From a virus (Duplodnaviria > Caudoviricetes), in IMG/VR virus record IMGVR_UViG_3300044825_002458, positions 1 through 60,740 of that record: a stretch of 60,740 bases of DNA; one strand, written 5' to 3'. How positions within the stretch are numbered: position 1 is the first letter of the stretch; each line of letters opens with the position of its first letter. Under the pieces are notes generated by a model. The model searched no databases and was not told the origin of the DNA. It saw only the letters and a list, made by a program, of their open reading frames with translations. A program made the position numbers and the translations under genes. Below are positions 9,660-17,358 of the stretch, piece by piece.

Positions 9660-10582
9660 TTTGAACCTCCTGCGGATCGAGCTCCGCCCTTATGACCGAG
9701 CTTCCTCAAAGTCGCCCTGATCTTCCGAGCAGTCGACTCATCGCCTCGCTCCTTGGCGATCTTCAACTGCTTAATCATCGAGTCCAAGTTACCCTTGTCG
9801 ATCGTGAGCGTGAGCTTCTCACCGCGTTCGCCCTTCTTAGCCCTGACCGAGTCGTATACGGCGCCTTCGATGAGCGACGGTACCTTACCCTCGAGCGCCA
9901 CGTGTTGAGCCGTCAAGTCGATGGCGAATGTTACTCGAGGACCTCCGGGCTCATCGCTTGTCATGTCGCAGTGGCGAGGCCCGCCCGCGGTGATGGACGC
10001 TGCTCGATGCTCCATCAACTTCGAGATCAGCATATCAAGAGTGCGGAGATTCTTAACGTGAATGATCGGCGACGATGCCAGCTGAGTCAGCTGGTCTAGG
10101 ATCGTCATCTTCCCATTGAGTTGTTGCCAGATGAACTGATTCGCCGCCGCCGTGATGTCCGCACTGAGCGACGACATGTCTTCACGCGGGTCTCGGTCGA
10201 AGTAGACGATCGACTTGATCGAGTACGACTTGCCAGACCACTTGCAGAAGATGTCGATGCAGTAGCATGGAGCTGCTAGGTGAGAATGCTTTGACCTAGT
10301 CTCGGTCATCCTCCACCACCCGTGGAATTCCACCTGTTGCCCATCCACAGGAATGTAGAACCTGAAGTTGATGTCCTTCATCCCTGCCAAGTCATACCAG
10401 ATGATCTGGTACTGCTTGAACCCGCGACTGAGCGGAGACAGCTCCTTGTGCTTCATCGTGAGTTCTTCGCCATCGTCGAATCGGACGACCGCAGTAGTGT
10501 CCGTACTGCTCAGCACTAGACCCTCATAGGGGTCGCCGTCGAACATGGCGCTTACTCGAATACCCTGCTTGATCTGACTCAT
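9656..10582 (-). CDS. Protein with N-terminal Tudor-like domain and C-terminal RKIRATLRKLGHKGG module
   Basis: RVSAMFDGDPYEG.V......VRFDDGE N-terminus; shared C-terminal motif. Confidence 0.7.
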   Translation of the reverse strand: MSQIKQGIRVSAMFDGDPYEGLVLSSTDTTAVVRFDDGEELTMKHKELSPLSRGFKQYQIIWYDLAGMKDINFRFYIPVDGQQVEFHGWWRMTETRSKHSHLAAPCYCIDIFCKWSGKSYSIKSIVYFDRDPREDMSSLSADITAAANQFIWQQLNGKMTILDQLTQLASSPIIHVKNLRTLDMLISKLMEHRAASITAGGPRHCDMTSDEPGGPRVTFAIDLTAQHVALEGKVPSLIEGAVYDSVRAKKGERGEKLTLTIDKGNLDSMIKQLKIAKERGDESTARKIRATLRKLGHKGGARSAGGSK

Positions 10583-10896
10583 GACCGTTTAGCCTCCGCT
10601 TTCGCGATTTCGTCCTTGATCTGGTTAATCACTCGCTCACAGCGGTGATACGTAAGTGTGACTACCAACATGTCTACACATGATGCCCAAAGCTTAGACA
10701 TGAGCTTCCTTGCTTCGTCGTCTTCAGCTTTGTTGACCATCTCCATCACAGCGTTCCTCAACTCAATGACCAGTGATGCCCCCGTAGGTGACAACCAGAT
10801 ATCGAGTCTATTGTTGAGGTTCATCCGGTGACCCTCTTGAAGTGTCTCGAACGTCACCTTCTTGAGCCTCAAGACCGCTAGATCGGTTGTGCTCAT
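10579..10896 (-). CDS. Hypothetical protein
   Basis: ATGA-coupled ORF. Confidence 0.6.
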   Translation of the reverse strand: MSTTDLAVLRLKKVTFETLQEGHRMNLNNRLDIWLSPTGASLVIELRNAVMEMVNKAEDDEARKLMSKLWASCVDMLVVTLTYHRCERVINQIKDEIAKAEAKRS

Positions 10897-11522
10897 TTTG
10901 CCCCTCCCTTGTGACCGAGCTTCCTTAGCTTGGCCCTGATCTTCCTCTTCTCCGAGGCATCCGTCGACTGTCGAAGTTGGTTAACCAACGTCTCGACATC
11001 CCCACTCATCGGAGCCCTCGAGGTTTCTACTTTCTTGGCGGTTGCCTCGAGGTGATAAGCCTTGGCAATGACCTGTCGATCTTCCTCGCTCAATTGAGTT
11101 CGTTCCAACCTGTCGGTCGTGAGCCGTTCACGATTCAACTCTCTCATTATTGGACCTACCTTGTAGATTAGTTCGGCCATGGTTGTTGAGAAATCCTCGC
11201 GCATCGGAGGATACTTGGTACCACCGCCTGCTTCAGCGACCTTAGTACCTAGTGCGGTTAATTTGAACGCTAGCCTGTTCCCCGCCCACTTCCACTGCAT
11301 GATGAGCTTCTTGGCCTTCAGCGCACCGAGCGCCTTCTCGAACCCTTCCCTCTGTTCTTGCAGTGGGCGATTGATCCAAGGATTCGGTAAGAATCCAAAA
11401 CGGGGCTCACCGAACTCAATCTGGCGGATCCCCTTGTTCCCATAGTAGCCGAGGAACATCATCAAGCTATGCTGAGGTTGTGACAACCCTAGTCGCATCG
11501 CGAGAGAGGTATCAGCGTTCAT
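10893..11522 (-). CDS. Putative winged-helix-like protein with C-terminal RKIRAKLRKLGHKGG module
   Basis: ALGALKAKKLI..FKLTALG resembles a MarR/PadR-type wing; shared C-terminal motif. Confidence 0.6.
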   Translation of the reverse strand: MNADTSLAMRLGLSQPQHSLMMFLGYYGNKGIRQIEFGEPRFGFLPNPWINRPLQEQREGFEKALGALKAKKLIMQWKWAGNRLAFKLTALGTKVAEAGGGTKYPPMREDFSTTMAELIYKVGPIMRELNRERLTTDRLERTQLSEEDRQVIAKAYHLEATAKKVETSRAPMSGDVETLVNQLRQSTDASEKRKIRAKLRKLGHKGGAK

Positions 11523-11586
11523 TCAGATTATCATAGCGTTGGCATTTTGAAAGTCGAAGCCGAAATCGACAATTTCAAAGCCTACG

Positions 11587-11614
11587 AAAAAGCCCCACTT
11601 TCGCGGGGCCTTTT
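11587..11614 (-). terminator. Rho-independent terminator
   Basis: - strand GCCCCGC-GAAA-GTGGGGC-TTTTT downstream of 11649..11870. Confidence 0.8.
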
Positions 11615-11648
11615 CATCTCAGACGGTGCCGGTTTTACCGGCGATCAG

Positions 11649-11870
11649 TCACTTGCCTTCCTTGCGCAGGCCACCGGTGTGTCCGCGCGCACGGAGCTTC
11701 GCGCGCAGGCGACGCTTCTCGTCCGCGTCGGTCGCCTCCTCGAGCGTGGCGAGCAGCTGGTCGACGGTGCGCTCGTCACGGGGACGACCCGGCGAACGTG
11801 CCTCGTCCGACTTCGCGCTCTTCTTGGTCTTCGGGGACTTCTCGGCGGTCTTCTTGCTCTTCTTGGCCAT
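11649..11870 (-). CDS. Small basic histone-like protein with AT-hook-like PGRPR and RRLRAKLRARGHTGG module
   Basis: Lys-rich N-terminus, strongly biased codons, own promoter and terminator. Confidence 0.75.
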   Translation of the reverse strand: MAKKSKKTAEKSPKTKKSAKSDEARSPGRPRDERTVDQLLATLEEATDADEKRRLRAKLRARGHTGGLRKEGK

Positions 11871-11927
11871 TGGTATTTCTCTCGGGGTTTGGGTCAGATG
11901 CTTGGGGAGGAGTTCCCCGTTGCGATG

Positions 11928-11963
11928 AGTTGAAGTATAGACTGAGGTCTCGTTACTTCAACT
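11928..11963 (-). promoter_or_regulatory. Sigma70-like promoter overlapped by a 10-bp inverted repeat
   Basis: - strand TTGAAG-16nt-TATACT; AGTTGAAGTA(11928-37)/TACTTCAACT(11954-63). Confidence 0.6.
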
Positions 11964-11971
11964 ATTAAAAT

Positions 11972-14071
11972 CTAGAACCCCGCAACTTTTTTCAATCGCT
12001 TCGACCATTGGATAGTCTTAGTACCCTCGACGAGTCTATTCGACCTAGCCAGCTTAATCGCCTCGTCAAGGTCAATGCCGACCTCCTTGGGGTCGACCTT
12101 CTGTGACCATCGCTTGATTACCACCTCAGCATCGACAATGATCGGCATGAAGAAGTCAGTATGGTTCTCCATTAGCCTGATGATGGTGGGTACCAGTACT
12201 CTCTGCTCAGACCTAACCATCTCAATGACCAGCTCGTCATGCACCGTCAGGATGACTCTTGACTTGTATCCGCCCTTCCTCAACATGTAGGCAATATCGA
12301 CCAAAGCTCGTTTCATCAAATCCGCTGATGTGCCTTGACAGTCATAGTTCAGGCCCTTGTATGCAAACCTGACAGGTATGTGGTACCGCCTACCGAACGG
12401 ATTTCGAATGTATCCATTACGGGACAGCTCGACCTTCAGATTGTTGGTGGTTCGTCGAACGCTGGGGAACTCATCATGGTATACTGACAACCACGACCTA
12501 GTTTGATCAGCCGTGGTCGGGAATCCATCCCTTGTCATTGTCTCCGCCAGTGTGTCGGCGCCCGATCCATACAACGGACCGAAGTTGACCTTCTTAGCGC
12601 GCTTTCGCTGCTCGTCAGTAACATCCTCCGGCCGACATCGATTGATCTTACTTGCAGTGTGGCGGTGGATATCGTTCAGGATGGCTTTCACCATCTTTGG
12701 GTCTTGGGCGAAGTGTGCGAACAGCCTCATCTCGACTTGTGAATAGTCGAAGTGCCAGTGGACTCGCCCCTTTCGGGGAATGAAGCATTCACGAGGCCCC
12801 AGCAATCTTGGCATGTTCTGAAGATTGGGCTCGGATGACGAGAACCTCCCCGTCTTGGCTTCAGCTTGATTGAACGAGCAGTGGATAATACCAACTTCTC
12901 GACCACTCGGCTCAACCTCAACATCGGTAGCCATTTGAAGCATGTTATCGTAGTATGTGCTAACCATCTTCGATAACTCGCGGAACTTCAATACGAACGG
13001 AGGGAGCAATTCACTCGTACTCAGCTTGTTAACTCTAACCGCCTTCTTGACCTCTCGATAGAACTGAGGGAATAGCCACCCTTTCTCGCCAGATTCACGG
13101 ATAACCGATTGAAGAGGTGGACTGACATACTGGATCATGGCGTACTCGTCGAACGACCATCGACCGCCGCCCCTCACCTGACCAGACTTGTCTTTCTTAG
13201 GCTTAGTTCGATGCTTAAGCTCGATACCAACCTTGTTGAACGCAGCCTCCATTTGAACAGGGCTACCAGGGTTGAACGACTCGATCTCGAGCGGTATTTG
13301 AACTTTGACCTTTTCCCCCTTTACTCGCTTGGTCTTGTTCTTCATTATCGTGAGCTTACCCACGACCTTATTCAACTGGTCTTTCAGCTTAGCCACTCCA
13401 ATAAGTGACCTCTCCCTCAGTTGCTTTACTCGAGTCAAGTCGATAGGGACACCTCGATCTTCCATATCGACACAGTCGAACATCAGCTGTTGCTCAGTTC
13501 GATACAACGCTTCACACGTCTCTCTGATTCTACTTCGGAAAATCTCGTAGAGATAGATTGTAGATTCGACGTCCCACAGGTTACGACGTTGAACGATCTC
13601 GATTGGGGCATCGCTGAAGTTAGGTGCCCTACCATGTTCGAGCATGAAGCGACGCCGATTGGCTTTGAGCCATTCGATGATCTCGTCCTTATCACCCGGG
13701 TCCCTATCCGCGAACCGAATAGCCAACGATCGGAGGTCGTGGTTTGGCAACAGCGAGTTAACAAGCTTGCTTTGAATCAGTGTGCAGTGAGTCCTCGCTC
13801 GAGGAAACTTTACACCCTCAACGCCAAGGAACTTGATCTCGGTCTTCATGTTGTGACCGACGAACTCGTTACTTGTGTTACTTACCTGGCGATTCAGCCA
13901 CTCGATCGAGCTCGGTGTGATTCGAGTAAACCCGTATTCACCCTTGTTGGTGAAGAAGCTGAAACAGAAGGCTCTGTTGCCCTTATAGACGTTAAGGCCG
14001 TTTGTCTCTACGTCAATAGCGACGATACGACCATGAAGATCGGGGAATTCACATGCTTCAGTACCTCGCAT
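11972..14071 (-). CDS. polA: DNA polymerase family A with 3'-5' exonuclease
   Basis: ExoI DVETNG; TGRFSSSEPNLQN; motif A DYSQVEMR; motif B RKRAKKVNFGPLYG; motif C TVHDEL. Confidence 0.95.
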   Translation of the reverse strand: MRGTEACEFPDLHGRIVAIDVETNGLNVYKGNRAFCFSFFTNKGEYGFTRITPSSIEWLNRQVSNTSNEFVGHNMKTEIKFLGVEGVKFPRARTHCTLIQSKLVNSLLPNHDLRSLAIRFADRDPGDKDEIIEWLKANRRRFMLEHGRAPNFSDAPIEIVQRRNLWDVESTIYLYEIFRSRIRETCEALYRTEQQLMFDCVDMEDRGVPIDLTRVKQLRERSLIGVAKLKDQLNKVVGKLTIMKNKTKRVKGEKVKVQIPLEIESFNPGSPVQMEAAFNKVGIELKHRTKPKKDKSGQVRGGGRWSFDEYAMIQYVSPPLQSVIRESGEKGWLFPQFYREVKKAVRVNKLSTSELLPPFVLKFRELSKMVSTYYDNMLQMATDVEVEPSGREVGIIHCSFNQAEAKTGRFSSSEPNLQNMPRLLGPRECFIPRKGRVHWHFDYSQVEMRLFAHFAQDPKMVKAILNDIHRHTASKINRCRPEDVTDEQRKRAKKVNFGPLYGSGADTLAETMTRDGFPTTADQTRSWLSVYHDEFPSVRRTTNNLKVELSRNGYIRNPFGRRYHIPVRFAYKGLNYDCQGTSADLMKRALVDIAYMLRKGGYKSRVILTVHDELVIEMVRSEQRVLVPTIIRLMENHTDFFMPIIVDAEVVIKRWSQKVDPKEVGIDLDEAIKLARSNRLVEGTKTIQWSKRLKKVAGF

Positions 14072-14463
14072 CCGGCGTCCCTCAATAAGTTTCGGCCTTC
14101 GGGGTCTCGGTAGTCATCTAAATAGACTACCCTTCTGATACCTCGTTGAATTATACGCTGCGCGCACATTATGCACGGTGAGTGAGTTGAGATCATGGCC
14201 AAATTAGTCTCAACACTACGAGCCCTAAGAATTGCGTTCTCCTCTGCATGAAGACACATGCATGCTCCTTGAACACCAGTGCACCGATGGCGTGGGAGTC
14301 CCTTGGCCGGCCCGTTGTAGCCGATCGACACAACTTGTGTCAGATCGGCGGTAGTGATTATCGCACCCACCTTGGTTGGGCGATTGCAGGTCGATCGACT
14401 GCTCCACAATAGCGCAGTGACCATGTGGAGCTCAAGTCGAGTCGGACGTTCATCAGAAGACAT
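14008..14463 (-). CDS. dCMP deaminase (ComEB-like)
   Basis: RSTC.R..VGAII, GYNG, HAEENA, SPCIMC zinc motifs. Confidence 0.92.
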   Translation of the reverse strand: MSSDERPTRLELHMVTALLWSSRSTCNRPTKVGAIITTADLTQVVSIGYNGPAKGLPRHRCTGVQGACMCLHAEENAILRARSVETNLAMISTHSPCIMCAQRIIQRGIRRVVYLDDYRDPEGRNLLRDAGCEVLKHVNSPIFMVVSSLLT

Positions 14464-15250
14464 TGCGATCCTTCAAGTCTCGTCGATATGCATGTAGAGA
14501 GCCAGTGAAGTAGGTGAACGTGCCGATCTTCAGATCCAGCTCTGACGCGACGAGGTCTTGGAACATCATTGCCAACAAGATGTCGACCAGGAAGTGAGTC
14601 AACAGGTCGCACGACCTCATCGTGTAGATCAAGTCGACCGCCCCTTCTCGCGACAACAGTTGGTAGTACATCGAGCAAGGGATTCGGCCAACACCCCCCG
14701 CAAGGTTCTGGTCCTGAGACAGTTGAATGTCCAGCCCATCCCCTCCGTTTCGATACACCGGTGCGGATGGCACAGACAGTCCGTTGAAGATCGAGATGAT
14801 GCACTGGCGACTGTCGGCATTGTCCCTCAGTCGTCGCAAGACCGGCTTGAGTTGCGGTACGATACGTTCCGAGTAGGTGTAGTGGAACTTACCCTCTTCG
14901 TCACAGAAGTCATTCCACACCGACTGTCGGTGCTTCGACGAGTTCCCCGGATTGAGCGGGCGATTGCGATAGAAGCGATCATGGAACTCCTCGGTGATGT
15001 AGTTGTAGACCTCATTGACTTGTTCTTCACCGATCAAGTAGGCCACCAGCGAGGTAATCTGAAACTGAGTGACTATATCTCGGCTACCACTGATCTGGAA
15101 CCCATAGGCTCGAAGCTCCTTGGTAGTGAACTCTTCGGGGTCGGTAGCGACCTTGTTCTGCATGCTGGAGGGACGGGTAATGATACCCATCTCCCAGAGG
15201 TCTCGTTCGACTTCGCGGACCGCTTCCTTGATGTTCTGATAGATTCGCAT
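14453..15250 (-). CDS. Thymidylate synthase-family enzyme, probable dCMP (hydroxy)methylase
   Basis: YTYSER, SRQ, RIPCSMYYQ, MRSCDLLTHFLVD, GSLHAY; Asp at the ThyA N177 position. Confidence 0.85.
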   Translation of the reverse strand: MRIYQNIKEAVREVERDLWEMGIITRPSSMQNKVATDPEEFTTKELRAYGFQISGSRDIVTQFQITSLVAYLIGEEQVNEVYNYITEEFHDRFYRNRPLNPGNSSKHRQSVWNDFCDEEGKFHYTYSERIVPQLKPVLRRLRDNADSRQCIISIFNGLSVPSAPVYRNGGDGLDIQLSQDQNLAGGVGRIPCSMYYQLLSREGAVDLIYTMRSCDLLTHFLVDILLAMMFQDLVASELDLKIGTFTYFTGSLHAYRRDLKDRNVF

Positions 15251-16149
15251 CAGACTGCCTTTTCGAAGCCCAGAGCTTCGACTTTGAGGGTTGGTGGAAC
15301 GTTCTTCTTGCTGTGACCCATATGCTCCATCCAGCGGCGTTTGATCCGCTTGAATGGGCCGTACTTCTCGTGGCTGAGCATGTCGTTACCGTGCTCCTTG
15401 TATGCCTCAAGGATCTTCAAGTACCAGATGGTCATGTGGTACCAGGTGGGGCTCATCGAACTACGCTTCTTTTTGAGCCCCTCCCTACCGAGGTTCGCGA
15501 GCGACTCAAGCTCCTTGAACAGGTGTTTCTTCGAAAACACATACGGGAGGGTCTTGAAGCAGTGAAGCTGCTGAGATGTGATGAACCACCGGAATGCGAT
15601 GTCGCCCTCGTACCCGCTCTTCTTGGCGATCGCTGCCGCAATCCGATTAGCGATTGCAGCATCGAGCAGGGCCATGTAGCCCATGTATGTGGTCCTCGAG
15701 TAGATCGTGAGGCACGGTGAGTTCGGATCCTTCGGGGATCCCCGGAATGTTGCTCCCATGAGACATCCGCCCCATCGATGCTTCTTCGCGTATCGATCCG
15801 GGTCTCGGAACATCATGTTCGCAGTGGCACCTTGACGAGACTCGCCCGTCACGATTTCCACTGCCTGATCGATGAATCGACTCAGCGGCTCGAGGGGCAC
15901 ATACTCACGAATGAGGCGACTCCACCGCGACCGATTGAGCCACAACTCACGACCTACGTCGAGGTCGAACTTGTAGTCCGGAGTGTAGAGGCAAGTGTGA
16001 TAGAGGTGGGTCTCGATGTTGAGGACTGCGTCCGGCGCAGGGAGGTCGATATGGCCATCGACGGCATTGCTCATCAGCTCGGTCATATCCGAGCCCTCAA
16101 TGAACCACATGCCGTATCGATGGTCAAAGTTACTGTATGCGGTTCCCAT
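15250..16149 (-). CDS. Divergent second thymidylate-synthase-fold protein
   Basis: HRWGGCLMGATFR...LTIYSRTTYMGY..LD...RWFITSQQLH parallels TS PC..R..MRS.D..SLH; start at 16149 coupled to the upstream stop. Confidence 0.55.
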   Translation of the reverse strand: MGTAYSNFDHRYGMWFIEGSDMTELMSNAVDGHIDLPAPDAVLNIETHLYHTCLYTPDYKFDLDVGRELWLNRSRWSRLIREYVPLEPLSRFIDQAVEIVTGESRQGATANMMFRDPDRYAKKHRWGGCLMGATFRGSPKDPNSPCLTIYSRTTYMGYMALLDAAIANRIAAAIAKKSGYEGDIAFRWFITSQQLHCFKTLPYVFSKKHLFKELESLANLGREGLKKKRSSMSPTWYHMTIWYLKILEAYKEHGNDMLSHEKYGPFKRIKRRWMEHMGHSKKNVPPTLKVEALGFEKAV

Positions 16150-16898
16150 CAGTAGTTGCTCCGTTGGCGAAACTGATTGACCGCATGCTTCTTGTGGTAG
16201 AAGATGAAGACATCCTTCATGCTGAGCCCCATGAACGAGATGATTCCAAAGAGCTCGTACCAGGCCGCCAGGAACATGGATCGGAACATCGCCGCGTCTG
16301 TGGCCATCTGGGATTGCTTCCACGGCTTGTTCTTGAGTGTGTTGGCGGCAAGCCCCAGATACCGGATCGTATTCCACAGCATACGATCACATGCAACCGG
16401 ATCGGACGCCACCGCCTCGGGATTCAATGACCTACGGAGCGTCGAAGTCGCGGTGAGCCCGCTTCGTTCGAACGACTTAGTCGCCATCCGAGCTACGTCG
16501 GTCGGCGAAACCATCGCGATGATGGATGCCTCGGTCATGAAGTGAACGGCATCGATCAGTTCTTCTACGCAGTGGCGGAAGCTCGATGAAGTGCCTTCCT
16601 CCACTTCACCGTATGTCGGATAGAACTCGAACGCTTCGGCCAACTCCTCAGTGGCTCGCCAGAACATGTCCTTCAACCGAGCTTGGACTTTGGAATCATC
16701 GATCGAGTAAGCCGGCCACTGGATGTCGGACATTGAAATGGCGTATTCGCCAACCTTGGTTGGAATCACCGCCCCATTACGAGCCTCAATGGGCTCGTAC
16801 TTGTGGATCAAGGCCATCTGGCCTTCGAAGATCTTGACTACCATCTCGTAGTCGGTGACCGGGATGTTGAGAGGGTTTTCCACGTCGTCGATGTTCAT
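16149..16898 (-). CDS. All-alpha (MazG/dimeric dUTPase-like) dNTP pyrophosphatase, possibly dCTPase/dUTPase
   Basis: EELAEA...EELIDAVHF, LKNKPWK, YHKKHAVNQFRQ.SNY motifs. Confidence 0.8.
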   Translation of the reverse strand: MNIDDVENPLNIPVTDYEMVVKIFEGQMALIHKYEPIEARNGAVIPTKVGEYAISMSDIQWPAYSIDDSKVQARLKDMFWRATEELAEAFEFYPTYGEVEEGTSSSFRHCVEELIDAVHFMTEASIIAMVSPTDVARMATKSFERSGLTATSTLRRSLNPEAVASDPVACDRMLWNTIRYLGLAANTLKNKPWKQSQMATDAAMFRSMFLAAWYELFGIISFMGLSMKDVFIFYHKKHAVNQFRQRSNY

Positions 16899-16901
16899 GG
16901 T

Positions 16902-17357
16902 TCACTTTCCTTGTTCAAGCATTGCCGAGCCGAGTACACAGTACCCGACGATATCGGTAAGGGTGTCTACGATGGACTCATTGAGGTTGTTAGTCGATGG
17001 GTTCTTGCTGAGGTTCTCGAATCGATCGACCTTGCTACCGATCCGCATGAACATACCCGCGTGACCCCACTTAATCAGTCCGCTGTCGCCGTATGCGATA
17101 TGCTTGCTCATCAACATATTGGCGAACTCACTCAAGTCGAGCATATCGCCCGACTTATTCAATTGCGCCAGAGCCAGTCGAGCAAGCTCGCAGTAGTATT
17201 TCCGAAACATCTGACGAGTTGATGTCCCCGCTCTGATCTGCTCAGAGATAGAGTCAATCGCCATCGTCAATGTGTGCAGTGGAAATATCACCGCCTCACA
17301 TCCCGCTTGGAGGTCCCAGAAAGTTTTCTTGATGTAGTCGATGTTTGGCAACAGCAT
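16902..17357 (-). CDS. DUF1599 / nucleotide-modification-associated domain protein
   Basis: KHIAYG......G..GM.MRI.SKVDR.ENL......ESI.DTL.DI.GY motif. Confidence 0.75.
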   Translation of the reverse strand: MLLPNIDYIKKTFWDLQAGCEAVIFPLHTLTMAIDSISEQIRAGTSTRQMFRKYYCELARLALAQLNKSGDMLDLSEFANMLMSKHIAYGDSGLIKWGHAGMFMRIGSKVDRFENLSKNPSTNNLNESIVDTLTDIVGYCVLGSAMLEQGK

Positions 17358-17358
17358 G

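Noticed and set aside
12900-13400. Intein or intron in PolA
   Set aside because: The extra Lys-rich segment has no Cys/Ser...His-Asn splice motifs or LAGLIDADG motif, and the frame is continuous
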